A stretch of DNA of 63,961 nt, from assembly GCA_012862495.1 (NCBI GenBank), contig BLSG01000449.1:29504-93464 (forward strand), written 5' to 3'. The translations under genes and the position numbers were made by a program. Positions 35,119 to 45,346 of this stretch are shown piece by piece; position 1 is the first letter of the stretch, and each line of letters begins with the position of its first letter. The notes beneath the pieces were generated by a model. That model was not told the DNA's origin. It was given only the letters and a program-made list of their open reading frames with translations, and made no database searches. Source of the stretch: Thraustochytrium aureum (Eukaryota).

Positions 35119-35375
35119 GTCCTGTGTTTCGTGTATCGGGCGAGCCCTTCGCGCTTGCTGTTGCGAGCCGCGAGCGCCGTCCTTCGACCAAGTAGGTTTG
35201 AACATAACATATACCGAGAGTGATGCAGTAGATTCCTGCGCAATGGCGCTTGTTGGCTTTGCCACTTTGCAGCTGGCAGCCACGGGGCGGGCGCGGAAGA
35301 ACAATATGGAAAAAGGAATTGAGCTCTACGTGCTTGCAGTTCACTTTCTGACTACGGCAGGGACCCTGGTGCGCA

Positions 35376-35465
35376 TCGCCAACTCGGTCGCCAACTCGGT
35401 CGCCTACTCGGGCGGTCGCCTACTCGGTCGGTCGCCTACTCGGTCGGTCGCCTACTCGGTCGCCT
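35376..35465 (-). repeat. About six 12-16-bp copies of the ABCC terminal codons (GCGACCGAGTAG)
   Basis: The first unit contains the ABCC stop codon; the copies extend into the 3'UTR. Confidence 0.85.
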
Positions 35466-38400
35466 CCGCGCTCCCGTTGGCTGCGACGAGCTTGGCGAAG
35501 GACGAATCCGGGTTTCCAAGCAGGCGCTCGGGCGAGTCAAACTCGATCACATTGCCCTTGTCAAGCACCAGCACTCGCGTCGAGTCAATGATTGTCTCGA
35601 TACGGTGCGCGATGGTAAGAACCGTGCGATCAGCAAAAATCTTGCGAACGAGCGCCTGAAGCATGTTGTCCGTCTCCTTGTCGAGCATCGCGCTCGCCTC
35701 GTCGAGCATGAGAAGCCTGCTCTTGCGCAGGATGGCGCGGGCAAAGCAGATCAGCTGGCGCTGCCCTTCCGAGACGTCTGCGCCACCCTCGGCGAGCTGC
35801 ATGTCGAGTTTGCCGACAAACTGGTCGAGCTGAACCGCTGCCAGCGTTTCGTCGAGCTCGGCGTCCGAAAACTGGTTGAACGGGTCCAGGTTGAAGCGCA
35901 GCGACTCTTGGAAGACAACTGGGGACTGCGGGATGATGGCGATACGCGCTCGGAGCTCTTGCAAGGGCATGCGGAGGACGTCGACTCCGTCCACCACGAT
36001 CGAGCCCGAGCGCGGCTCCACGATGCGCAACAAGGACAGCGTTAGCGTCGACTTGCCGCATCCCGTGCGCCCGCAAATTCCAATCTTCTCCCCCGGCTGG
36101 ATGTGCAGCGAGATACCGTGCAGGACGTCTGGGCCCTGCCTGTAGCCCACAACCAGGTCCTTGATGATCACCTCTCCATGCGCAGGCCAGGCCGCGTCCG
36201 GGGCATGCGTCGTCAAGGCGCCGACCTGGCCCGCTGCGCCGTGCTCGCCCCCGCCCGCGGCGGCCGCAGCCGGAGCGCCGGCGCCTCCGTCCGCATCCTT
36301 GATGATGCGAAAGTCAGAGTCCTCCGGCTCGACGCTGTCCTGGAACGACTTGATGCGCTCAACCGAGTTCATGGTGATTTCCACCTCGGTACAAATCATG
36401 ACGACCGCGTTCATGGTCTGGCTGATCTGCAGCGCATAGGTGATCGCGAGGCCTGCCTGTCCGGGCGCGATGGAGCTGAGCTTGAGCACAAACACGCAAA
36501 CTGCGGCCATGATCAACACGCCGACGAAGCTGACCGAGATCATGAGAAACGCGGGAAGGGCGACGCGAGCCAGAAAATAGGCCCGCACGTTGCTTGTGAG
36601 CGTGGTCCGGTTCTTGAGAACAAAGCGCTCCTGCTGACCGAACCCGCGGATTGTGCTGAGCCCGTTCAAGACCTCGGCAAAGTTGGAGTAGATGGGCGAC
36701 CGCGCCTTGGACTCGAGCCGCTGCAGCTGGATGGCCGTGCGGCGCAGGTACCGGTAAATGAGCACGTAAAGAACGACCACTGGGAGCAGAAAAGTAAGGA
36801 AGATCCCGTTGGTCCCCAGGACGATTCCAACCAGGCCCGCCGCGGCGTAGGCAAGCGTCACCACAGCAAACATGAGCATCTGGCTCAGCGGAAAGTCCAC
36901 GATGCTGATGTCCTTGGCAAATCGGTTCAGGATGCGCCCAAGCGGCTTGACGTCGAAAAACTCGGTCACCGATGCGCTAAAGGTCGTCTCCAGGAGCTGG
37001 TTGTGCAGGTTGCGCGACCCCGACACCCTCGCCTCGGCGATCAGGACGCCGGCCACCATGCAGATGACGAGCCCGCCAACCAGAACGCCGCAGTAGAGGT
37101 AAAACCAGAAATTCTCGCCTCGAATCTGGCGCCCGCACGTTCGGTTGCCAGTCCCTCCGATGGCGCAGAGCACCTCGTCGGTCCAAAAGCTCAGAATGTA
37201 CTGTGAGAACAGGGGCGTAAACAGGTAGATCACGTAAAGCGAATACGCGGTGCAGAACACGCACGGGCCGATTTTGCGGACGTAGTAGGCTAGCACGGAG
37301 AACTTTAGCGTTCCCACGGCCTCCTCTTCCTCGCTGTACAGCTCGTCGGCAGCGACTTTGTCGCCCTCCCTCTCAGCGAGTTCCGAGCCCGGCCGCGCCA
37401 CGGCTCCGGCGTTGGCCTCGCTGAGGCTAGACGTGGGCCGCTCGGTCTCGAGCTCGGAGGTGCCGAGTCCTTTAGCTGTCTCCGCCGCCGCAGCTGCGGC
37501 AGCTGCGGCGTTGGCGGCGTTGGCGGAGGCCTCCGGGTGGGCCTCGGCGTAGGCCTCATCGACTTGCGCGAGCTCTTCTTCGTCGACGCGCACCGTGACG
37601 CCCCAGCGCCCCTGCTGCGCGACCTTGCCATGCTCGAGCACGACCACCTGGTCAAACTCGTCCAGGCGGTCCACCTTGTTCGTCGTGAACAGAAGGGTCT
37701 TGCCTTGCAGGAGGGGGCCAAACACGCAGCGGTCCAGGATGGCTGCGCCGACGTGTGCGTCGACCGCGCTGAGCGGGTCGTCCAAGAGCACAATGTCCGC
37801 GTCGGCGTAAACGGCCCGGGCGAGCGAGATTCGCGCCTTTTGACCCCCAGAGAGGTTGATCCCCCGCTCCCCGATATAAGTCTCGTCGCCGCGGGGCATA
37901 ATCGCCAGGTCGTCCTCCAGCGAGCACGCCTGAAGAACTTCGCGGTACCGTTTGGCCTTGAAAGGCTTGCCAAAGAGAATATTCTCGCGCAGCGTCATGC
38001 TGAGCACGAACGGCTGCTGCGCCGAGTACGAGAAGGTGCCGATGGACCGCGAGGAGCCCGCGGTGCGGCGCAGCTCGCCAGTGAGCGCCAAAAGCAGGCT
38101 CGACTTGCCGCTCGCAACTTTTCCCACGATCGCGGTGCGCGACCCTGGGCGCAGGTCGAGGCTAATTCCTTCCAGCGAAGGTCCGGCTGTCTCGTCCACG
38201 TCCCACGTGAAGCTCGCCCCAGCGAGCGTGACCGTACCCGCCACCACGCCTTGCTCTGCCGGTGCGTCTTTGAGCTTGCCTGTGCTCTCCTCGGCTTCTG
38301 CCGCGGCCTCGGTGTTTGAAGCGAGCTCTGGCAGGAGCAGAAAGTCGGTGATGCGGCGCGCCGCGACGGTGGTCTGGCTCAGCTGGCTGATCGCACTGGG

Positions 38401-39558
38401 GAGTTGCGTGAGCTGCTGCTGCACGAGCTGGAAGAGCTGGATTGCCGTAAAGACTGTCCACGGGAAAAACGCATTGCCGAGGGCGTGAAAGGTGGAGAAT
38501 GTGGCAAACTGGATCAGGTAAGGGAGTTGCAGGAAGACGGCGTTGAGACCCACCGAGTAGTAGTAGGCGTGGAGTCGCAGAAAGACGAGCTCCTTGTCCC
38601 GCATGGCGCGGATCTTGGCGGCGAACGGCACTTCCCAGGCGTACATTTTCAGCACGCGGATGGCCTGCAACGCTTCGTTGACGAGCTTGATGCGGTCGTC
38701 CGCGAGAGCGATAGTCTTGCCGTACACCTTGGTGAGCCCGATGAAGATCTTTAGGTTGACGGGCATGATGACGACCATCAGGGCCAGGCCTGCCAACATG
38801 CTCACGCCAACCTCGCGCCAGACAAGGTAGAGCGAGATGGCCAGGAGCACCGGAGAGAGGAACAGCGGGTAGATGAGCATGATGGATCGCTCGAGCGCGG
38901 TGCCCGCGTCGGTGGCGATCAGGTTGACCAGCTGCCCGCTCGAGCTCGCGTTGCGCGAGGCCGAGCTCAGCTTGAGCGACTTGTTGAATATGGCCTGCGT
39001 AAAGGCCGTGTACAGGTGCATCGAGCCGCGCCTGCTGATGTAGTTGACTTGCGCTTGCGCGTAGGCGCCGATCAGCGGCAAGACAACCAGCCCGGTCGCC
39101 AGCAGCGCCTGCTCGGTCTCGTCGCTCTCGACCTCCGAAAGGGTCTCCAAAAGCCGCTTGGAAACGAACGGCGTCGCCATCAGCGTCACCGCCTGCAGAA
39201 TGGACAGCACGGTCGCGATCACCAGCTCTTTGTGCCCGACCGTCTTGAGCATCACGCGGACCATGTTGGGGCGTGCTCCTGCCTCCTTGACACGCTGAAC
39301 TTCAGCCTCCCATTCGCTCCTGAACAACTCATACAGAGCCAGAGGGTCGTCCTTTGGTGGGATCTCGCCCAGCTGCTCGTCCTCGACGGTGCCCCGTGCA
39401 CCGGCCTGAATGACGGGCAAGAACCACCAAAACGCCAGCTTGGACAGCGTGCCGGCATCCCCTTCGTTCGGCAACTTGGGCGCCCGCGCAGCCTCTGGGT
39501 CCCCCGCCACGTTCTCGCCGCTCTCGCGAAGAGCGAACGAGTCCCCGTTCTGCTCCAT
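35452..39558 (-). CDS. ABCC: ABC transporter subfamily C (short MRP type, TMD-NBD-TMD-NBD)
   Basis: Walker A GKVASGKS and GRTGCGKS; LSGGQKARISLARAVY; VSEGQRQLICFARA; DDPLSAVDAHVG; IAHRI. Confidence 0.97.
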   Translation of the reverse strand: MEQNGDSFALRESGENVAGDPEAARAPKLPNEGDAGTLSKLAFWWFLPVIQAGARGTVEDEQLGEIPPKDDPLALYELFRSEWEAEVQRVKEAGARPNMVRVMLKTVGHKELVIATVLSILQAVTLMATPFVSKRLLETLSEVESDETEQALLATGLVVLPLIGAYAQAQVNYISRRGSMHLYTAFTQAIFNKSLKLSSASRNASSSGQLVNLIATDAGTALERSIMLIYPLFLSPVLLAISLYLVWREVGVSMLAGLALMVVIMPVNLKIFIGLTKVYGKTIALADDRIKLVNEALQAIRVLKMYAWEVPFAAKIRAMRDKELVFLRLHAYYYSVGLNAVFLQLPYLIQFATFSTFHALGNAFFPWTVFTAIQLFQLVQQQLTQLPSAISQLSQTTVAARRITDFLLLPELASNTEAAAEAEESTGKLKDAPAEQGVVAGTVTLAGASFTWDVDETAGPSLEGISLDLRPGSRTAIVGKVASGKSSLLLALTGELRRTAGSSRSIGTFSYSAQQPFVLSMTLRENILFGKPFKAKRYREVLQACSLEDDLAIMPRGDETYIGERGINLSGGQKARISLARAVYADADIVLLDDPLSAVDAHVGAAILDRCVFGPLLQGKTLLFTTNKVDRLDEFDQVVVLEHGKVAQQGRWGVTVRVDEEELAQVDEAYAEAHPEASANAANAAAAAAAAAETAKGLGTSELETERPTSSLSEANAGAVARPGSELAEREGDKVAADELYSEEEEAVGTLKFSVLAYYVRKIGPCVFCTAYSLYVIYLFTPLFSQYILSFWTDEVLCAIGGTGNRTCGRQIRGENFWFYLYCGVLVGGLVICMVAGVLIAEARVSGSRNLHNQLLETTFSASVTEFFDVKPLGRILNRFAKDISIVDFPLSQMLMFAVVTLAYAAAGLVGIVLGTNGIFLTFLLPVVVLYVLIYRYLRRTAIQLQRLESKARSPIYSNFAEVLNGLSTIRGFGQQERFVLKNRTTLTSNVRAYFLARVALPAFLMISVSFVGVLIMAAVCVFVLKLSSIAPGQAGLAITYALQISQTMNAVVMICTEVEITMNSVERIKSFQDSVEPEDSDFRIIKDADGGAGAPAAAAAGGGEHGAAGQVGALTTHAPDAAWPAHGEVIIKDLVVGYRQGPDVLHGISLHIQPGEKIGICGRTGCGKSTLTLSLLRIVEPRSGSIVVDGVDVLRMPLQELRARIAIIPQSPVVFQESLRFNLDPFNQFSDAELDETLAAVQLDQFVGKLDMQLAEGGADVSEGQRQLICFARAILRKSRLLMLDEASAMLDKETDNMLQALVRKIFADRTVLTIAHRIETIIDSTRVLVLDKGNVIEFDSPERLLGNPDSSFAKLVAANGSAEATE

Positions 39559-40405
39559 CCCGTCAAGTCACCCTCAAACCACCCCCCCCCCNNNNNNNNN
39601 NNNNNNNNNNNNNNNNNNNNNNNNNNNNNNNNNNNNNNNNNNNNNNNNNNNNNNNNNNNNNNNNNNNNNNNNNNNNNNNNNNNNNNNNNNNNNNNNNNNN
39701 NNNNNNNNNNNNNNNNNNNNNNNNNNNNNNNNNNNNNNNNNNNNNNNNNNNNNNNNNNNNNNNNNNNNNNNNNNNNNNNNNNNNGGCTCTACTGTACATT
39801 ACGACACCTTCAAAGGGCTGCCGGAGGGTGTTTTGTGACTCGGACGACACCGCCGCGCTCGCTCCCGGGCGGCGGCTGTGCTGTGCGGTCGCTCCCGGGC
39901 GGCGGCTGCGCTGTGCTGTGGCTGCTGGCGGTCGCGAGTCGCGTGGCTGTTGTGCTGGGACGGGTTTGTGTGGCTGCCAGTGGCAGCGCCTTGCGGAATT
40001 GCTCGTGGACGCGGGAGGCCGGATCTCGCGCTGCGACGGAGCCTTTGCCCCTCGAGGATCGATCTGTCGTGCGTGGCTGGCACTGGCCGGCCGCCTTGAT
40101 TGCAGGCAGTCGGCGCTTTCGCTTGCCGTCGTTTTGTGGCAGGGGCTTCGTGAGAAGGTAGGAAAGTACTGTGCTCCGAACACTCCCGAGGTACCCAGAG
40201 TAAGGGTGAGTCAATGGAAAGGGCGCGTCCTGCTCGCCTGGTTCGTTGTCCGCTGTTCGCGCGCCAGTGCTGGCTGTGGATGCTGTGGAGTGTGCTGTGT
40301 CGCGAGCGCGGTGCTCGTGGTTTTTGACTGTGTTCGCGACGATACCGCAACTTGGAAGCGAACACGACGATCTTCGGCTCGGCAGTTGCCGCTCAGACCC
40401 AAGGA

Positions 40406-41726
40406 ATGTCGCGCCACTCTCTCCAGGTCGCCGCGGCAGTGGCGGAGGCGGCGCAAGAGGGAGCCGCAGAGACGGTGCTGCTGCTTTTCGGGACGCGAGC
40501 GAGCGCAAGGAGCGAGGTGGAAAGCGCTCTGTTCGCGGTGCCAGTTGCACCGACGAAGAAGGCGCTTGAAGGCGTCAACGGCGACGGACTCGTTGGCCTG
40601 CCTGCTGGCCTCGAGGTTGTCGGCACTCTCGGCGGCTCCCACCAAAGGGCTTACGAGGGCTTGACGCTGCTGTGGTACGTTGGCAGTGTCGAGTAGTTTG
40701 TGTTGTTTGTTGCTCTTAGCCCGTTTACCGGCCGGCACACGCCTGGCGACTGACCCGCGCTCTGCCCGCGTTCGCAGCGCAAACGCCAACCCACGCGCCC
40801 CGCTCGTGACAGTCTACGTTGACGACAAAGGATGCCTCGCTGCGCGTCGCTATCTTGTCGAAGACCGCGCCTTGATTGGCTCAAGCGACCAGCTCCAGGT
40901 CAAGCAAGTCGCCAAGTGGACAGAGCTGCGCTGCCGCATCGAGTCGCACGTGGCTGTTGACTTTGGTCTGGCCGTGAGCGACGAGCCGCTGCCGCCGACT
41001 CCGCGCGATGCCGCTATGCGCGCCGCAATTGCACAGCAGCTCGCCGAGCGAGCGCGGTCCAGCTTCCGGGCCATGCGCGCCGAGCTGACGGAGCGGCACC
41101 TCGTGGTGTTGCCCACCCAAGAGCCGCAGCAGGATAACTGTGAAACCCCAACGTCCGTATGGGCCGGCCTCCCAGCAGACAGCCCCCTCCTTGGCTTTTC
41201 CCGGCAAGCCGCGGGTCATCCTGGCGGCTTGCTGAGAGTTGAAGCAAGGCTCTGGCTCACGGCGTACGTTGCACCGAGCGCCTCAAATGAGGAAAAGGCA
41301 CGCGCGCTTGCCAAAGACCTTCTCGACACGCTAGAGAAACGCATTGGAATGGTGTTGGACAGTGGGCCCGAGACCGTGTTCGGCGCAGCCTCCGTTGGGC
41401 TGCCAGCCCGCGCGAGCTTTAGCGTCGCACCAAGGCAAGGGCCAGCGCTGGTCGCTTACACGCACTTCGTCGGCAGCTCCGCTGAGTCCGAGGTCCTCGA
41501 AGCTGCCCAGCGCTCTTGGCTCGGCGCTCGTGCCGAGCGTCTCCTCCTGCAAGACGTGGTATGCCCCACCGAGGCGCGCAGCCCCCCAGAACCAGCAACG
41601 CGTACAGCGCGGCAGCGAAAGCCTCCCGCACTCGCCGCACTCGTTGCTGGCTCCGTCGCGGCCGTCGCGGTTGCCCTTGCAACCGCAGGCCTCTCGTCGT
41701 CAACCTGGGTCTCAGCCCAAGCGTAG
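40406..41726 (+). CDS. ODR4: ODR-4-like tail-anchored ER protein; 2 exons (40406-40674, 40778-41726)
   Basis: LPAGLEVVG (MPN-like N-terminus); AYV...KARALAKDLLDTLEKR..LPAR; C-terminal TM segment. The intron GTACGT...ACTGAC...CAG joins the two ORFs in frame (phase 2). Confidence 0.72.
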
Positions 41727-41754
41727 CCTGTTCCAGGCGCAGACAGCAACTAAC

Positions 41755-43871
41755 CTACTGCGGCAGCTTGTCGATGACCTGTTCGGCGTACTCGCGCGGA
41801 AGCGTGCGCTGGGCCAAGTCGTGCAATTCGCCCCGATCCCGCACGAGGCGCTGCCGCAGGAAAAGGCACTCTGCATCGCGCATGGAAATGCTCTGCCGCC
41901 CTGCGTGGTCGGCGTACGCGCCGAGGTCGGCGACCATTTGGGAAAAGAACCGCCGCGACACCGCCTCCACGGCGTCGCCCGCGTCTCGCGTGCACGCCGT
42001 TATTCCGCGGTTTGAGGTTTTGAGCAAGTTTGACCATATCCGGCGAATCAGCGCGGACGGAAGACCCGCCTCCGAGCCGCGAGTGCGGCCCTCCGCGTCT
42101 TGGTCGGTCCCGCCGACAATCTCAGTAGCGCGCGCTTGCTTGGCGCGCTGGGCGCGCAGCTGCATCGGCTGCCGCGTCTGGTTTCGCTCCGCCTCGAACA
42201 AGGGCACAGGCGGCCGCGGCCGCTTGCGCTGCCAGGCAGGCGTGCCGCGAGGCCGAAGCGCGGTCCCGTCTAGCAGCGTCGTCCCTGGCAGGACCGACGG
42301 GGTNNNNNNNNNNNNNNNNNNNNNNNNNNNNNNNNNNNNNNNNNNNNNNNNNNNNNNNNNNNNNNNNNNNNNNNNNNNNNNNNNNNNNNNNNNNNNNNNN
42401 NNNNNNNNNNNNNNNNNNNNNNNNNNNNNNNNNNNNNNNNNNNNNNNNNNNNNNNNNNNNNNNNNNNNNNNNNNNNNNNNNNNNNNNNNNNNNNNNNNNN
42501 NNNNNCTTAGTCGCTCTTTGCGTCTCGCCGCACCTACACTGCGCTCGGACAGTGCCGACCAACCTCCAGCGCTCCCCACATCAAACAGCCCGCTCGACTC
42601 GCGCCCTCCCCGAGACGCGCTCGGAGTCAGCATCGACAGACTCGCCGTTGACCGGGATGTCGCAGATCCTGGGGCGCCTAGCCCCCCGAGACTCGCGAGG
42701 CTCGGCGTCGACGGCGCGATGGAGCCGCCTCTACTTGGCCTAGACCCAGGTGCCTCGGTGGCCACACCGAAATCAAAGTCTTTGTGTGCTTGATCTGGGT
42801 TGAGGGGCAGTCGGACCAGAGGTATCTCGCTGTCTCGCCGTGCGCCGCGCTGGTATTGCTTGGCATTCGCCTCCAACTCTGCGAAGGGGTCGTCGTCGTC
42901 GTCGTTGTCGTATTCGGCGTCGTATTCGGCGTCGTTTTTGCCGTCGTCGTCGTTGTCCTCGTTTTTCTCAATGTTGGCAAGTTCCGGCTCGCTGTCCCTT
43001 CCGCCGCTGCGAGCCACTTGGACGCGACTGGGAGCAGCGCCCGGAGAACCCTCGCTCACGGCTGCAGCATCAACGACAGTTGCCTCGGGCTTGGGCTGAC
43101 TAGTCGCGTAAAACTCGTCTTCGCCATCTGGGTCGCCCCGGTCCTTGTCAAACCCGCCTGTCAAGACGATGGTCGTTGCCGCGGCCTCCTCTCGTGCGAG
43201 GCTGGCTCGTGCTCTGAGCTGCTCAGGGGCAGCGGTTAAAAAGTCCCGAATGAACGTCCTTGGTGTCTCACGAGCCGCCCTGTCGATACCCTGCGCTTGC
43301 TCGGCGACCGGGGTGGCTGCTGTACGCTTCAGGGCGTGGGCGGGCAGGCTCGACTCGAGCTGCGCGTTTCGCGCCGTCTGCGCGAAATCCTCGGCTGGTC
43401 GCTCGTGCACCGGTGGCGGCGCGGAGTCTCCAAGACGCTGCGGATCAGTGTCCGCGGCGTGTCTCTAAGCGGTCCTGACCGAGCCGGTCCGCCGCGCACG
43501 ACAGCTCCAGCTGCAGGCGTTGCCGCAGCCGGGGCCGTCTGTGGCGTGGCTCGCCGCTTTCCGGAACTTGCGTGCCGTGGCGGTACTGCGGCACCCGGCG
43601 TCCTCCGGCCAGCCTGCAGCGGAGTGACGCGACGCTTTCCCGAGCTCATCATCCGTCTGGCTGGCACCACGGTCGTGGTTGCAGGTGTCGCTGCGACGTT
43701 CTCTTGCCCCATGGCTCCGGCGAGGCCGCGAATGAGCGTCCGGGGCGTGTCCTTGGGGCCTAACCTCTCGCCGGCCTCGCCGGGGGTGCGCCTGTTCGCT
43801 GCCGCCAGCGGCACAGTGCGAGTCTCGGCGGCCGTGGTGGTCCCGGCATCGCCGCCACCATCGTGCGACAT
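41755..43871 (-). CDS. CENPT: Centromere protein T (CENP-T/Cnn1/Cnp20); 1-nt frameshift at ~43421-43424; internal N-gap
   Basis: C-terminal histone fold FFSQMVADLGAYADHAGRQSISMRDAECLFLRQRL..LHDLAQRTLPREY; long disordered N-terminus with three TPRT(L/F)IR motifs. Confidence 0.88.
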
Positions 43872-44440
43872 GGCGGTTCAAAACCGGTCAACCGCACAGC
43901 GCCTCGCGCGGAAAAGGAAGAGAAAGCGGCGCTCAGGCGTGGGGAGGCGCGAGCAGCAGAGGCGGCCCACCGCACTGCTTCGCTGCCGCGAGCGCGTGAT
44001 TGCCGCTTTGCCGAGCGGGCCGCTGGCTAGCGGTTTTCTTGCGGTTTGAAAAGCGTTCCGCTGCATAGAAGCACGAAGTGCACGAGGAAATCACACAATG
44101 ATGAAATCACACAGCGATGAGACACAACAGGCGACGACCCCATGATGCACCTACCCTACTTACCGGTACATCTTCATCCCAGTGGCGCCTCGGAGGACGG
44201 ACGCCACCAGAGCGAGGGAGCGGGCCGTCTTGAGCTGGACTCGCGCCATGCGCGCTCTGTCCCCCAGGCAGAAGCTGCATTCTGGGGGGTCACGGTCTCA
44301 GGCTTCTTGCTGCTGGGCTTGAAGTCCAACGGGCGACGCGGGAGAGCGAGTCGGCGCCAAGCCAGCGTGGCTTTTATTTTTAGAAAAGTACTCGCTAAGT
44401 GCGGTGCGTTGCCGGCATGCTCGAGGCGGTTGGCGCTGTG

Positions 44441-45346
44441 CTAGGCGCTCGACGTCGCCTCATTGTGGACAGCGACCCCTGCACTTCTTTCCGCAATTCG
44501 AAGCAGGCTCTCTCGCCGAAATAGAATCCTTTCGTTCGCTTTGTCGACTTGTTGCTTCATCTCCTGCTGGCGCCTCTCGGACCCGGCATTGCGGACAACC
44601 GTGCACCTCTCGCGCCACGACTCTCTCCAACTCTCAAAAGAGCCGTTTTCATTGCCTTCTCGCTGGGTCTCGCGCACTTGGCATGCAGCTTGGAGGGTTT
44701 GGTCATGAGCGTTTTCCGCCTCCCCTCGTCGCTCGTTTCCGTGCCAAGCATCGAGGGAGTTCTCGTCTCGAACCGTGTGGCTTGCGCCAGTGTTGCCCAA
44801 GGCCTGCTCGAGAGCCCGAGGGGCGATCGTGGTGCACACGCGGTCAGCTTGCGTGAGCAAAAGGCTGCGAAAGGCGGAGGCCGTGCTGATGTATAGGGTC
44901 ACGAGGCTCTCCACCATCTGGAACATGATCCGGCTGAGCTCCTCCACTTCTCTGTGCCCAACTGCGCTCGTGGCAACGCGGCGAATGAGACTCAGAAAGT
45001 TGCTTCCGTGAGCGAGACTCTCGGCCTTTTTGAACGACTCAACTAGCTTGTTGAAGCTGCTGAGCAGGGCGTCGTGGTCGCCGCCGTCGCCGTGCTCGCA
45101 AACAAGCTTGAGCTGGCCCTCGAATTCGCTCACGTCTTCGATCCGCGACAGGTCACCGAGCGCAGCCGCCATCCTCTTCGACCTGCGAACATCGCGCTGC
45201 GCGGTCAGCAGCACGCCAAGGGCCTGGCTGATCGGCGTCGCAAACCCAGCGATCTGCAGTACAGTTGTGACAACCTCCAGGCCGGCCTCAGCCCGATCGC
45301 CAAAGCCAACCGTCCCGGCCGCCGCGGCATCGTCGCCCCTGGACAT
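44441..45346 (-). CDS. Protein with a putative MLKL/RPW8/MCAfunc-like N-terminal four-helix bundle
   Basis: ATG 45346; helical pattern ISQALGVLLTAQRDVRRSKRMAAAL...L.SFNKLVESFKKAESL...FLSLIRRVATSAVGHREVEEL; family assignment by eye only. Confidence 0.5.
   Translation of the reverse strand: MSRGDDAAAAGTVGFGDRAEAGLEVVTTVLQIAGFATPISQALGVLLTAQRDVRRSKRMAAALGDLSRIEDVSEFEGQLKLVCEHGDGGDHDALLSSFNKLVESFKKAESLAHGSNFLSLIRRVATSAVGHREVEELSRIMFQMVESLVTLYISTASAFRSLLLTQADRVCTTIAPRALEQALGNTGASHTVRDENSLDAWHGNERRGEAENAHDQTLQAACQVRETQREGNENGSFESWRESWRERCTVVRNAGSERRQQEMKQQVDKANERILFRRESLLRIAERSAGVAVHNEATSSA

Noticed and set aside
13287..43871. Pseudogene calls for H+-PPase, RBR, WDR91 and CENP-T
   Set aside because: Motifs are intact on both sides of isolated frameshifts, with no accumulated stop codons; sequencing error is more parsimonious
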